The translations under genes and the position numbers were made by a program. This document shows, piece after piece, positions 21,011 to 31,554 of a stretch of 64,000 bases of DNA. The stretch comes from Pelagibacteraceae bacterium AG-404-N13. Its GTDB lineage: Bacteria > Pseudomonadota > Alphaproteobacteria > Pelagibacterales > Pelagibacteraceae. The notes below the pieces were generated by a model. The model ran no database searches. It had not been told where the DNA came from and saw nothing but the letters and a program-made list of their open reading frames with translations. Where the stretch lies: positions 20,474 through 84,473 of the forward strand of contig QCJD01000002.1 of NCBI GenBank assembly GCA_003216255.1, written 5' to 3'. How positions within the stretch are numbered: the stretch's first letter is position 1; each line of letters begins with the position of its first letter.

Positions 21011-21663
21011 TGAATGAAATTCAAAGATCTAAAATAATTTTAAAAATTCTTAATAAACTTTATCCAAGAACACCGATACCTTTAAAACATAGAAATAAAT
21101 TTACCCTTTTAGTTTCTGTTTTATTATCTGCCCAAACTACAGACGTTAATGTTAATAATGTAACAAAAAATATTTACCCAAAATACAATAAGCCGGAGCA
21201 TTTTGTAAAATTAGGAAGAAAAAAAATTGAAAATCTTATTAAAAGTATTGGTATATTTAGAATTAAAGCAAAAAGTGTTTATTTATTATCAAAACAACTT
21301 ATTGAAAAACATGGCGGAAAAGTTCCTGATAATTTTGAAGATCTCGAAAAATTACCAGGCGTTGGTCACAAAACAGCTAGTGTAGTTATGTCGCAAGGAT
21401 TTGGATATCCCGCATTCCCTGTTGATACTCATATACATAGATTAGCTCAAAGATGGGGGCTAACTAATGGTAAAAACGTTATACAAACTGAAGAAGATTT
21501 AAAAAAAATATTCCCTAAGAGATCGTGGAATAAGCTTCATCTTCAAATAATTTATTATGGGAGAGAATATTGTAAAGCAAGAGAATGTTACGGTTTAACT
21601 TGTAAAATATGTACTACTTGTTATCCTGGTAGAAAAAAACCACTCAAAACAAAGAAAGCTTAA
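21010..21663 (+). CDS. nth: Endonuclease III
   Basis: LLSAQTTD, HhH LPGVGHKTA, PVDTHIHR, C-terminal Cys cluster. Confidence 0.96.
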   Translation: MNEIQRSKIILKILNKLYPRTPIPLKHRNKFTLLVSVLLSAQTTDVNVNNVTKNIYPKYNKPEHFVKLGRKKIENLIKSIGIFRIKAKSVYLLSKQLIEKHGGKVPDNFEDLEKLPGVGHKTASVVMSQGFGYPAFPVDTHIHRLAQRWGLTNGKNVIQTEEDLKKIFPKRSWNKLHLQIIYYGREYCKARECYGLTCKICTTCYPGRKKPLKTKKA

Positions 21664-21664
21664 T

Positions 21665-22594
21665 ATGAAAATTTTAGGAATTGGAAATGCAATTGTAGAT
21701 GTGATTTGTAAAGTAGAAGATAATTTTTTAATAGAAAATAAATTGACGAAAAGTACAATGAAATTAATTTTTGATGAAATTGAGTTTAAAAATTTATTAT
21801 CAAACCTAAAAATAGAAAAAACAGTTTCAGGAGGATCGGTTGCTAATTCAATAGTTGGATTGTCTCAACTTGGAAACGAAGTTGGTTTTATAGGAAAAGT
21901 TTGTGATGACGAGCTAGGAAGTAAATACGAAGATGGACTTAAAAAGGAAAATGTAAAATATTTTTACTCAAAAAAGAAAGAAGAATTACCTACTGGAACT
22001 TGTTTAATATTAGTCACACCTGACTCAGAGAGAACAATGTGCACTTTTTTAGGTACAGCAGGTAAAATAAATGAAAATGATGTGAGTTCAGATGCAATTC
22101 AGAAAAGTGAAATAATACTACTAGAAGGTTATCTTTGGGATGAAGGAGAACCAAAAAAAGCATTTGATAAAGCGATCCAAAGTGCAAATAAAGTTGCCAT
22201 GTCTTTATCAGATCAATTTTGTGTAGATAGACATAAGCCTCACTTTTTAGAATTAGTAAAAAATAAATTAGATATAACCTTTGCTAATGAACAAGAGATA
22301 ATGTCTCTAATAGATGCAAAATCTTTTGATGAGGTAATAAATTTTTCTAAATCTCTTGGAAAAATAATTGTATTAACTAGAGGTGAAAAAGGCGCTGTTG
22401 CTATTAATAAAGATGAAGTTGTTGAATGTGGAATTAAAAAAGGTCTTAAAATTATAGACTTGACTGGAGCTGGAGATCTTTTTGCAGCAGGATTTTTACA
22501 TGGGCATGTAAATAATATGTCATTAAAAGAGAGTCTAGATAAAGGTACTGAAATGTCTTCTAAAGTTATTCAACAAATTGGTGCTAGACTATAA
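21665..22594 (+). CDS. PfkB-family (adenosine-type) kinase
   Basis: GNAIVD, GGSVANS, ERTMCTFLG, DLTGAGDLFAAGF. Confidence 0.92.
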   Translation: MKILGIGNAIVDVICKVEDNFLIENKLTKSTMKLIFDEIEFKNLLSNLKIEKTVSGGSVANSIVGLSQLGNEVGFIGKVCDDELGSKYEDGLKKENVKYFYSKKKEELPTGTCLILVTPDSERTMCTFLGTAGKINENDVSSDAIQKSEIILLEGYLWDEGEPKKAFDKAIQSANKVAMSLSDQFCVDRHKPHFLELVKNKLDITFANEQEIMSLIDAKSFDEVINFSKSLGKIIVLTRGEKGAVAINKDEVVECGIKKGLKIIDLTGAGDLFAAGFLHGHVNNMSLKESLDKGTEMSSKVIQQIGARL

Positions 22595-22705
22595 AAGATT
22601 ATTTTTTTTTCTTTTAAAACTACCTTTGCCTTTTTTTGGCTTAACTATTCTCGGTTTATATTTTTTTGTTAAAAGATCTTTTGCTACTATGTTTCTTTTC
22701 TTCAC
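22589..22705 (-). CDS. arfA: Alternative ribosome rescue factor A, 38 aa (absent from ORF track)
   Basis: Manual translation MKKRNIVAKDLLTKKYKPRIVKPKKGKGSFKRKKNNLL; KKGKGS[YF]xR hallmark; GTG start overlaps the upstream TGA (GTGA). Confidence 0.85.
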   Translation of the reverse strand: MKKRNIVAKDLLTKKYKPRIVKPKKGKGSFKRKKNNLL

Positions 22706-23265
22706 TTGATATTATATCCTGATTTGGAACTTAAAATAAAATCTGTGTTACCAAATTTATTACCAATTTTTTTTCTTAATCTATAAATATGAGTTTCTAC
22801 AGTATGAGTTTCCAGTTTTGAACTATGTCCCCATACATGAGTTTGTAATTCATCAATAGATACAGGGTTTTTCGAATTTTTTAAAAAAATAATTATATCT
22901 GCTTCTTTTTCTGTTAAATCCAAATCTTTTTCGCTATCAAACATTTTTCTTGAATTTAAATTTAATTTATAATTTCCTATATTTATATGAGACTGTTGAT
23001 TAAATTTAATTTTTAAAAAATTAATATTAATTGTTTCTATTATTTTATTTATTTTTAGAGGAAAATTTCTTAATACAATTTGATTTTGAAGCTTAGAAAT
23101 TTCTTTTTTAGTGATTATTAAATAACTATTTAATTCATTAAGGTTTAAATCAGGGAATTCTCGTTTTGACACATTAATCAAGTTAAAACTTAGATCTTTT
23201 TTAATTTCATTAAGTATAGAAAATAATTCACTAAAATCATAAATTATCAAATTTTGTTTATTCAT
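22702..23265 (-). CDS. OmpR/PhoB-type winged-helix protein with degenerate receiver domain
   Basis: LTEKEADII, VWG, THTVETHIYRLRKKI, GY; N-terminal part lacks clear receiver motifs. Confidence 0.85.
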   Translation of the reverse strand: MNKQNLIIYDFSELFSILNEIKKDLSFNLINVSKREFPDLNLNELNSYLIITKKEISKLQNQIVLRNFPLKINKIIETININFLKIKFNQQSHINIGNYKLNLNSRKMFDSEKDLDLTEKEADIIIFLKNSKNPVSIDELQTHVWGHSSKLETHTVETHIYRLRKKIGNKFGNTDFILSSKSGYNIK

Positions 23266-23278
23266 ATATAAGGAAGAT

Positions 23279-23776
23279 ATGACAATTATATTAAAAAATA
23301 AAGATACTCTTATATTTGATGATTTTAAATTTAAATGTTCTGTCGGAAAAATGGGAATAACTAATAATAAAATTGAAGGAGATAAAAAAACACCTAGTGG
23401 ATTGTTTTCTCTAGGAAAGGTTTTTTATAGAAAAGATAGAAATTTGAAACCAATAACAAAGTTAAATTTAATCTCTATCAAAAAAACTATGGGTTGGTGT
23501 AACGATATTAAAAATAAAAATTATAATAAACTAATTAACATAAATTCAAAAACAAAATATGAGAAAATGTATAGAAGAGATTATAAGTATGATTATGTAA
23601 TATCTGTAAACTTTAATACCAAAAGAACTAAGCTAGGTAAGGGAAGCGCAATATTTATTCATTTAACAAAAAATTATTTACCTACTGCTGGATGTGTTGG
23701 TATTAAAAAAAAAGATATGTTGATTTTATTAAAATTGATTAACAAGAAAACTAGAATAAAAATTTTCGAAAATTAA
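23279..23776 (+). CDS. L,D-transpeptidase (YkuD-like) family protein
   Basis: EGDKKTPSG, GSAIFIH...PTAGCV catalytic His/Cys. Confidence 0.88.
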   Translation: MTIILKNKDTLIFDDFKFKCSVGKMGITNNKIEGDKKTPSGLFSLGKVFYRKDRNLKPITKLNLISIKKTMGWCNDIKNKNYNKLININSKTKYEKMYRRDYKYDYVISVNFNTKRTKLGKGSAIFIHLTKNYLPTAGCVGIKKKDMLILLKLINKKTRIKIFEN

Positions 23777-25485
23777 TAATCATATTTTTTTATCCAATTT
23801 TCTAAATATTGTTTGCCTTCAATTAATTCGTTTTTATAGTTTTTCCACCTACCAATTGATTTTGAATAAAGGGGTTGGCTTACCTGATTATAGCTAGGTG
23901 TTGCTATAATACCTCTCTTTTGGGATGTTTTATAAAATTCAGAAACTTCATCAGACCACGGAAGATCTAAAAATTTTAATAAATTTGTAACTGAGCCTTT
24001 AAAATTTGATATCAAATCTTCATATTTAATTGTGTGGAAATCTAAAGAAAATTTACTCTTATAAACTTCCCATAATTTCATAACTAAATCGTACATTTTT
24101 GCTGAGTCCTTAACATTTAAAAAATTTGCCATTGCATTATTAAGTAAAAAAGCTTGCATAAAACAACTTAATATACAATCATTTGGATGGCGTAATGCTA
24201 AAATGAATTTTGCTTTAGGGAAGTATCGAATAATTTCGCCAACATATACTATATTAAGAGGCATTTTATCAATAATAATTTTTTTACTATCATTTAAATA
24301 TTTGTTCCTCTGTTCAAAATAAAAATTTCTGATTTCTTCTTTAAACGATGAATTAGAATTTTTTAATTCATCAAAATTCGAATTGATATTTTTTTGTAAT
24401 TTTTCAATATATTTATCAACTGTTGGTTTTTCTTCTAAAACGTCAATTGAAGGATGACTTCTTAAAATTGTATCCAACAAAGTTGTTCCAGATCTAGGAA
24501 ATCCAATTAAAAATACAGGATCTTTAAAATTATCAACTTTTTTTTCTAATTCCCATTCTTTAACGTTGAGATTGCCAAAATATTTTATTCTTTTATTAAT
24601 TATTTCAAGAAATATATCTTTATTAGCAACATTTTTATCTGTTTTTTTTGTTAGATCATTATTCTGTTCAAAGAAATGAAACGATTCTTTAAAATTTCCA
24701 AGATGGTCATGACTTTTTGCAATTAACTCTAACCTAATGTTTTCTCTAAAATTTTCGTTTTTTTCAAACTTAATGCTTTCTAATATTTGAACAACTTCTT
24801 TATATTTTTTTAATTTATAAAATAATCTTGCTTTAAATAAATCAATTATAGAATTTTTTATAAAATTAGCCTCACTTTTTTCTAAAAGCTGTTTAAGTTT
24901 TTCATTTTGATTTGATCTATCATAAAGATCTAAGAGATTATTATAAGCAGCCAAATGTTTTGGGTCTAGATCTAAGGTACTATTAAAGTATTTTTCAGAA
25001 TTCTTTACGTCATTTATTCTTTGATATAAATTTCCTAAATTATAATTTGCAGGAATATTATTTGGGTTAAATTTTAATGACTTTAAATAACTTTCAATTG
25101 CCTCATTTACATTACCTAAATTTAAATAAATTAATCCTAAATGATTATACGCTATAGAGGAATTTGGATTTAATTTGATTGCTTTTTTTGTATTTTCTAT
25201 TGCTTTTTCTTTATTACCCAAGTTTAAATAAATTAGACCCAAATTATTGAAAATTGTTTCTAAGTTTGGATTTATACTGGCAGCTTTTTCAAGTAGTTCT
25301 ACAGATTTTTCTAAATTATTTTTTTTCGCAAATATTGTACCTAGGTTGAAATTTGCATCAAAGTTATCAGGATATTTTTTAAGTATTTTTTTGTAAATTT
25401 CTGAAGCTTTTTCAAAATTATTTTTTTCAATATTCGCTAGTGCAAAATTTAATTTATCCTCTAAATCATTATTTTGAAAATTCAT
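23773..25485 (-). CDS. TPR-repeat sulfotransferase-family protein
   Basis: N-terminal TPR repeats; FLIGFPRSGTTL, DKMPLN, RHPNDCILS, YEDL, TPSYNQVSQPLY..SIGRW. Confidence 0.92.
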   Translation of the reverse strand: MNFQNNDLEDKLNFALANIEKNNFEKASEIYKKILKKYPDNFDANFNLGTIFAKKNNLEKSVELLEKAASINPNLETIFNNLGLIYLNLGNKEKAIENTKKAIKLNPNSSIAYNHLGLIYLNLGNVNEAIESYLKSLKFNPNNIPANYNLGNLYQRINDVKNSEKYFNSTLDLDPKHLAAYNNLLDLYDRSNQNEKLKQLLEKSEANFIKNSIIDLFKARLFYKLKKYKEVVQILESIKFEKNENFRENIRLELIAKSHDHLGNFKESFHFFEQNNDLTKKTDKNVANKDIFLEIINKRIKYFGNLNVKEWELEKKVDNFKDPVFLIGFPRSGTTLLDTILRSHPSIDVLEEKPTVDKYIEKLQKNINSNFDELKNSNSSFKEEIRNFYFEQRNKYLNDSKKIIIDKMPLNIVYVGEIIRYFPKAKFILALRHPNDCILSCFMQAFLLNNAMANFLNVKDSAKMYDLVMKLWEVYKSKFSLDFHTIKYEDLISNFKGSVTNLLKFLDLPWSDEVSEFYKTSQKRGIIATPSYNQVSQPLYSKSIGRWKNYKNELIEGKQYLENWIKKYDY

Positions 25486-25529
25486 TTAGTTTATTAATTA
25501 TTTTTTTTATATATAAATAAATTTTATTT

Positions 25530-26195
25530 TTAAATAGTTCTTTCTCCAAAAATACTTGTTCCTATTCGTAGATATGTAGCATTATATTGTATTGCCTCTA
25601 AATAATCTGCGGACATACCCATACTAGATTCTTTTAAATTTAATTTTTTATTTAAATAATTCATTCTTGAGAAATATTTTTCTGGATCACTGCTTATTGG
25701 AGGTAAACACATTGTTCCTATAATTTCTAAATTAAGCTCTATACAATAATTATAAAATTCCTCTAATTCATCTACCCTAATTCCCCCTTTTTGTGACTCA
25801 TCTCCAATATTTATCTGTATGAATATTTTTGGTTTAATTTTATGTTTTGTTTGTTCTTCCGAAATTTTTACTGCAAGTTTTTTGCTATCTAAAGAATGTA
25901 TATAATCAAAAATTTTAATCGCATATTTAACTTTATTGGATTGTAGTTTTCCTACTAAATGAATTTTAAGTTCACTTTTATCTTTTTTTATATCAGTCCA
26001 TTTTTCTACTGCTTCTTGAACTTTATTTTCTCCAAAATCAATGTGACCATAATCAATTAAAGGATTTATATGCTCTAATTTAAATGTTTTTGAAACAGCT
26101 ACAATTTTTGGAGACCTATCTATAAGTTTTAAATCTGATAACTTTGATTTAATTAAATTTTGTATATTAATTAAATTTTGTACAGTTTTATGCAT
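25530..26195 (-). CDS. yggS: PLP homeostasis protein YggS
   Basis: VAVSK, FGENKVQE, GKLQSNK, SMGMSADY, RIGTSIFG. Confidence 0.96.
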   Translation of the reverse strand: MHKTVQNLINIQNLIKSKLSDLKLIDRSPKIVAVSKTFKLEHINPLIDYGHIDFGENKVQEAVEKWTDIKKDKSELKIHLVGKLQSNKVKYAIKIFDYIHSLDSKKLAVKISEEQTKHKIKPKIFIQINIGDESQKGGIRVDELEEFYNYCIELNLEIIGTMCLPPISSDPEKYFSRMNYLNKKLNLKESSMGMSADYLEAIQYNATYLRIGTSIFGERTI

Positions 26196-26717
26196 AACTT
26201 TTTACCCAAACAATACTACTTTATTGATAAATTTGATAAAAAAAATATTGATAAATTAAGAATAAATACAGGTATAATTTATAGAAATTATACAACAAAA
26301 CTAGATAAAAAATTATTACTAAAACTGAAGATCTATTGTAAAAAAAGGAAATTAAAATTATTTGTTTCAAATAATTTTAAAATTGCACACCAACTAAAAC
26401 TAGACGGAGCTTATATTCCTTCTTTTAATATAGATTTTAGACATCTTAATTATCAAATAAGAAATAATTTCATAATTATTGGATCAGCTCACAATATTAA
26501 AGAAGTAAGAATTAAAGAATTACAAAAAACAAACTTAATATTTATATCTTCAATATTTAAAAAAAATAAAAATTATCTTGGAATTAATAAGTTTAGCAAT
26601 ATTAAAAAAATAACAAAAACAAAAATTATTGCTCTTGGGGGAGTTTCAAGCAAAAATATTAAAAAGTTAAAATTACTAAATTGTTTTGGTTTTGCAGGAA
26701 TAAGTTATTTTAAATAA
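26190..26717 (+). CDS. ThiE/TenI-like TIM-barrel protein
   Basis: IIYRNY, LDGAYIP, IGSAHN, ALGGV; ATG 26190 preferred over TTG 26178. Confidence 0.75.
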   Translation: MHNFLPKQYYFIDKFDKKNIDKLRINTGIIYRNYTTKLDKKLLLKLKIYCKKRKLKLFVSNNFKIAHQLKLDGAYIPSFNIDFRHLNYQIRNNFIIIGSAHNIKEVRIKELQKTNLIFISSIFKKNKNYLGINKFSNIKKITKTKIIALGGVSSKNIKKLKLLNCFGFAGISYFK

Positions 26718-26744
26718 AAAAGGCCCCTTTTTTAAAGGGGCCTT
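26716..26744 (-). terminator. Intrinsic terminator of the porin gene, possibly bidirectional
   Basis: AAGGCCCCTTT...AAAGGGGCCTT hairpin followed by a T tract on the minus strand, between convergent genes. Confidence 0.85.
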
Positions 26745-26771
26745 AATATTATTTTTGAATTCTAAACTAAA

Positions 26772-27752
26772 TTAGAATGCAAATGCGATGTTAAGCTCGT
26801 AGTCTTGTCTATCAGCTGTTGTTGCTGAAGATCCACCAAGATTTTCACCATCATGCATAGATCCAGAAACAGTAATTCCACCACTTGTGTAAGATACACC
26901 AATAGCAGTAGTTTCTTGATCTTCAGCAGTAGATAATTCAAAATCAACTGTACCAACACCGTAAGATATAGATATATCTTCACTTACTGCGTAAGAAACA
27001 CCATACGCTCTGTAGTCAGTATCAGCGTTTGCTGTACCTGAGTCAGATGAGTTATCTTGAATACCAAGTGTAAACGAGTCAATTGCATATGTTAAATACA
27101 TTGTTGTATTTTCAATTTCTTTATTTGCAGCTGAGTCAGTTGCGTTACCATTAGTAACAGCTACTTTCTCGTTGTTATCACCGTTAGCGTAACCAACTGT
27201 TAAGCCTTCAACACCTGTGTACTGTACACCATATGAAGTAGAGCTTTCTAAAGCTGCTGTTCCATCTGATGGAGAGTAAGATGCAAAAACATCAAGTCCG
27301 TCCATTACATTAACAGAATATCTAAACATGTCAGCATTAGAACCTGCTGCTATAATAGCACCAGCACCACCTACTGTTCCAGTCAAACCATTCCATGACT
27401 CTTCGTTAGCAGCTGGAGTCATATCATCCCAAGAACCAGGAACTGAAGTTCCACCTTGTTTCCAGAATACTAATGATCCCATTTCGTTCATGTTAATTGT
27501 AACATGTGTATTATTTGGTGTTCCAGCAGCTAAGTTTTGACTCATAGATACTGTCATACCGTTATCTAAATCAGAAGATGCACGGAAAGTAATAGAGTCA
27601 AGCATACTCCAACCATTACCTTCGTTACTTTTGTCACCTCCGACAAATGTTAGTTTAGCACCACCACCAACAGCGTAATCAGCAGCAACTGCTGACGTAG
27701 ATACTAGAGCTGTTCCTAATGCTGTCAAACCAACTTTTTTTAGTTTGTCCAT
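26772..27752 (-). CDS. Outer-membrane porin (alphaproteobacterial type)
   Basis: MDKLKKVGLTALGTALV signal; alternating beta strands; C-terminal NIAFAF; strong AAAGGAG RBS. Confidence 0.92.
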   Translation of the reverse strand: MDKLKKVGLTALGTALVSTSAVAADYAVGGGAKLTFVGGDKSNEGNGWSMLDSITFRASSDLDNGMTVSMSQNLAAGTPNNTHVTINMNEMGSLVFWKQGGTSVPGSWDDMTPAANEESWNGLTGTVGGAGAIIAAGSNADMFRYSVNVMDGLDVFASYSPSDGTAALESSTSYGVQYTGVEGLTVGYANGDNNEKVAVTNGNATDSAANKEIENTTMYLTYAIDSFTLGIQDNSSDSGTANADTDYRAYGVSYAVSEDISISYGVGTVDFELSTAEDQETTAIGVSYTSGGITVSGSMHDGENLGGSSATTADRQDYELNIAFAF

Positions 27753-27863
27753 ATTAATTACTCCTTTAATTTAATTGTTAATATTAATATTAAACATTTC
27801 TTATTTATCAAAAATCGTCATTTTTCCTTGATTTTATTAATATATGCTTAAAGAATTATAAGA

Positions 27864-27885
27864 AGTGTTGTATTTATGCATCACT
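27864..27885. promoter_or_regulatory. Imperfect palindrome, putative operator between porin and DUF3576 genes
   Basis: AGTGTTG-TATTTATG-CATCACT, arms match 6/7. Confidence 0.45.
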
Positions 27886-27973
27886 ATTTATCCGCATATT
27901 TATTGTGTTTTTTAACAATTATATTAAAAAAACTATAGTTATAATAAATATCAAGCTAAAATGACATTTTCAG

Positions 27974-28531
27974 ATGATTAATAAAATAAAAGCTAACTTT
28001 AATAAAATTTTAACATTAACTCTTTTATTAATATTTCTTAATCAATGTGGAATGGGAGCTGATGCAAGAAAGTATCCACCTGAACCTGCTAAAAGAGTTC
28101 AAAAAAATTTAGAAGAAGGACGAGGCTTTAGACTATCCGGTGGAGATAAAAAAAAACGCGGAGGAGATTTTGAGTTTGCAAGCTCTAATCCATTATGGAG
28201 AGCAGCCCTAGATACAATTGATTTTATGCCACTTGCTTCTGCAAATTATAGTGGAGGAATAATTATTACTGATTGGTATTCAAGTGAAAATTCAAATGAA
28301 TCGATTAAAGTATCTCTAAGATTCTTATCAAACGAAGTAAGATCTGACGCTTTAAACATAAAAGTTTTTTATAAAAAATGTGCATTAAATGAAAACTGTG
28401 CAATATCAGAAAAATCTGGAAAATTAGTAAATGAATTAAACAAAAAAATTTTACAAAAAGCAGCTGTGTATCAAAAACAGGTTAAAGACAAAAATTTTAA
28501 ACCGTACAGGGTCCCGAACGTTACTAAATAA
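27974..28531 (+). CDS. DUF3576-like putative lipoprotein
   Basis: NPLWRAALDTIDFMPLASANYSGGIIITDWY; conserved position before leuS. Confidence 0.85.
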   Translation: MINKIKANFNKILTLTLLLIFLNQCGMGADARKYPPEPAKRVQKNLEEGRGFRLSGGDKKKRGGDFEFASSNPLWRAALDTIDFMPLASANYSGGIIITDWYSSENSNESIKVSLRFLSNEVRSDALNIKVFYKKCALNENCAISEKSGKLVNELNKKILQKAAVYQKQVKDKNFKPYRVPNVTK

Positions 28532-28550
28532 TTAAAATTAGAAGATATAA

Positions 28551-31103
28551 GTGAATACCGATAGTAGATATAACTTTAAGGAAATAGAAAAGAAGTGGCA
28601 AAACTATTGGGAAAGTAAAAAAACTTTTTCTACAAAGGTAGATAAAAATAAAAAAAAGTTTTATTGTTTAGAAATGTTTCCATATCCTTCAGGAAAAATT
28701 CATATGGGACATGTTAGAAACTATACTATAGGAGACGTTTTATCTCGTTATAAAATTATAAACGGTTTCAATGTTTTACACCCAATGGGTTGGGATTCAT
28801 TTGGGCTTCCAGCAGAAAATGCTGCAAAAGAAAATAATCTTGATCCTAAAGAATGGACTGAAAAAAATATTTCAGTAATGAAAAGTCAACTAAAAAAACT
28901 AGGTTTATCAATTGACTGGGATAGAGAAATATCTACTTGTTCAGAAGAATATTATAAACATCAACAATTATTTTTCTTAGAACTCTTTGAAAAGGGATTA
29001 GTTTATAGAAAAGAAAATTTTGTAAATTGGGATCCTTTAGATGAAACAGTTTTAGCTAATGAACAGGTGATTGATGGAAAAGGATGGAGATCAGGGGCAA
29101 TAGTTGAAAGAAAAAAACTAAATCAATGGTTTTTCAATATTTCTAAATTTGCTGACGAACTCTTAGCAGGTTTAGATGATCTCAAAAACTGGCCAAATAA
29201 GGTAAAAATTATGCAAAAAAACTGGATTGGTAAGTCTTTTGGTTGTGAAATAGATTTTAAAATTGAAGGTAACCCATCAATCGATAAAATAAGATGCTTT
29301 ACTACTAGACCAGATACACTTTTTGGATTTTCTTTTATGGCACTTTCGCCTGATCATCCAGTGGCTAAAAATTTTGAAAATAATAAGGAATTTCAAGAAT
29401 TTAAGGAAGAGTGCTCGAAGACTGGTACTACAGAAGAATCGTTAGCAATAGCTGAAAAAATTGGTTTTAAAACAAATTTGTTTGCAATCAATCCATTAAA
29501 TCAAAAAGAGAAAGTGCCAGTTTACTTTGCAAATTTTGTTTTGATGGATTACGGATTTGGAGCAGTTTTTGGCTGTCCGGCACATGATCAAAGAGACTTT
29601 GATTTTGCAAAAAAATATAATCTTTCTATCAAAACAGTAGTTAAACCAAATGATGTTGATAATTTTGAGGTAGACAAAGAAGCTTATACTGGTTCAGGCG
29701 TTATAATTAATTCTGATATGTTAAATGGGCTAAAAGCTCCTGAAGAGTCAATTATTAAAACAATTGAAATATTAGAAAAAGACAAAATAGGAACTCGAAA
29801 AATTAATTTTCGTTTAAAAGATTGGGGTGTATCGAGACAAAGGTACTGGGGCTGTCCCATTCCAATCGCTTACGACGAAAAAGGTGAAATATTAACTATT
29901 GCAAAAAAGGATCTCCCAGTAAAATTACCTAGTAATATTAAGTTAAATACTAAAGGAAACCCCTTAGATAGCGACAAAAAATGGAAAAATATAAAAATTA
30001 ATGGAAAAAATTTTACACGAGAAACAGATACTTTGGACACATTCGTTGATTCATCTTGGTATTTCTTAAGGTTTTGTTCTCCCAGAAATAATGATTATGG
30101 ATTTAATCCTGATGAGATTAAATATTGGATGCCAGTCGATCAATATATTGGCGGGGTGGAACATGCAATATTACATTTATTATACTCAAGATTTTTTATG
30201 AGATCTATCGATTATAAAAATGACAAATTTAACATTAAAGAGCCATTTGATGGTTTATTTACTCAAGGGATGGTTTGTCACGAAACTTATAAAGATCAAA
30301 ATAATAATTGGATAAGCCCAGAGGAAATAGAAATAATTGATAAGAAATATTACAAAAAGAATGACAAAAATTCTAAAATCATTGTTGGACCATCAGAGTC
30401 AATGTCAAAATCAAAAAAAAATGTAATAGATCCTGAAAACATAATTAATGATTATGGTGCCGATTCAGTAAGATTATTTATTCTTTCTGATAGTCCACCA
30501 GAAAAAGATGTTCAATGGTCTGAACAAGGAATGGTATCATCTTATAAATTTGTTCAAAAATTATGGATGCTTCATTTAAAGATAAAAAATAAAATATCTG
30601 AAGAAAAAAATAATACAGCTGATAATTTAGAATTAAATAAATTTACTAATCAATTAATTTATAAAATTACTAATAATTTAGAGAGTTTTAGTTATAATGT
30701 TATTATTGCTAATATGTATGAGACATATAATTTTTTAATCAAACATATTGAAAAGGATATCAATTCTAAAGATTTATTAGATAACTATAAAAAAATTCTA
30801 ACAGTATTTTCACCTATTATTCCTCATCTGACGAGTGAATGTTTGTATGATATTGGTGCTAACCAAAATTTAGCTTGGCCGTCAGTAAATCATAAATATC
30901 TAAAAAATGAAAACATAGATTATGTTATTCAAGTAAATGGAAAAAAAAGGACTGTAATAAATGCGCAAATAGATATCGAGCAAGATAAAATTTTAAATAT
31001 TGCTAAAAATGACAATTTGTTGGATAAATATTTAAATAATAAATCAATTAAAAAAGTTATTTTTGTTAAAAACAGATTATTAAATATTTTAATTAATGAA
31101 TAA
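28551..31103 (+). CDS. leuS: Leucine-tRNA ligase
   Basis: MFPYPSG.IHMGH, editing-domain TTRPDT, SMSKSK; GTG start. Confidence 0.98.
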   Translation: MNTDSRYNFKEIEKKWQNYWESKKTFSTKVDKNKKKFYCLEMFPYPSGKIHMGHVRNYTIGDVLSRYKIINGFNVLHPMGWDSFGLPAENAAKENNLDPKEWTEKNISVMKSQLKKLGLSIDWDREISTCSEEYYKHQQLFFLELFEKGLVYRKENFVNWDPLDETVLANEQVIDGKGWRSGAIVERKKLNQWFFNISKFADELLAGLDDLKNWPNKVKIMQKNWIGKSFGCEIDFKIEGNPSIDKIRCFTTRPDTLFGFSFMALSPDHPVAKNFENNKEFQEFKEECSKTGTTEESLAIAEKIGFKTNLFAINPLNQKEKVPVYFANFVLMDYGFGAVFGCPAHDQRDFDFAKKYNLSIKTVVKPNDVDNFEVDKEAYTGSGVIINSDMLNGLKAPEESIIKTIEILEKDKIGTRKINFRLKDWGVSRQRYWGCPIPIAYDEKGEILTIAKKDLPVKLPSNIKLNTKGNPLDSDKKWKNIKINGKNFTRETDTLDTFVDSSWYFLRFCSPRNNDYGFNPDEIKYWMPVDQYIGGVEHAILHLLYSRFFMRSIDYKNDKFNIKEPFDGLFTQGMVCHETYKDQNNNWISPEEIEIIDKKYYKKNDKNSKIIVGPSESMSKSKKNVIDPENIINDYGADSVRLFILSDSPPEKDVQWSEQGMVSSYKFVQKLWMLHLKIKNKISEEKNNTADNLELNKFTNQLIYKITNNLESFSYNVIIANMYETYNFLIKHIEKDINSKDLLDNYKKILTVFSPIIPHLTSECLYDIGANQNLAWPSVNHKYLKNENIDYVIQVNGKKRTVINAQIDIEQDKILNIAKNDNLLDKYLNNKSIKKVIFVKNRLLNILINE

Positions 31104-31554
31104 AATATCAAATTATATACTGATTTTATCTTTATTTTTTTTAACTAATTGTGGTTATGAAGCAGTTTTAAATAATCAAAATTATCAGTTTTCAATAAAT
31201 GTAAATAATATAAAAGGAGACCAAAAAATAAACTCACTAATTATTAATAGCTTTAAACAATTAAAGAAAAATGAAAAAGAATATAATTTAAGCTTAACCT
31301 CAAATAAAGAAAAATTAATAATATCAAAAGATTCAAAGGGTGATCCTTCTATATTTGAGATAAAAATTAATGTAAATTATGTTGTTAAAAAAGATGGAAA
31401 GATTTTAATTAAAAATAAAATTGATAAAAAAACTACATACAACAATATTACAGACAAATTTGAGTTAGAAAATTATGAAAAAACTATTATAGATAATTTA
31501 ATTTCAGAAATATCAGATAATATTATACTTTCTATTTCTAAAGTAAGTGAATGA
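31096..31554 (+). CDS. lptE: LptE-like lipoprotein
   Basis: Lipobox LTNCGY; leuS-lptE-holA synteny. Confidence 0.78.
   Translation: MNKISNYILILSLFFLTNCGYEAVLNNQNYQFSINVNNIKGDQKINSLIINSFKQLKKNEKEYNLSLTSNKEKLIISKDSKGDPSIFEIKINVNYVVKKDGKILIKNKIDKKTTYNNITDKFELENYEKTIIDNLISEISDNIILSISKVSE

Noticed and set aside
26772-27752. Higher GC of the porin gene as a sign of horizontal transfer
   Set aside because: Explained by Gly/Ala/Ser/Thr-rich composition and high-expression codon usage.
27753-27973. Riboswitch or sRNA in the 221-bp porin-DUF3576 gap
   Set aside because: No GC-rich stems or recognisable aptamer; consistent with divergent promoters only.
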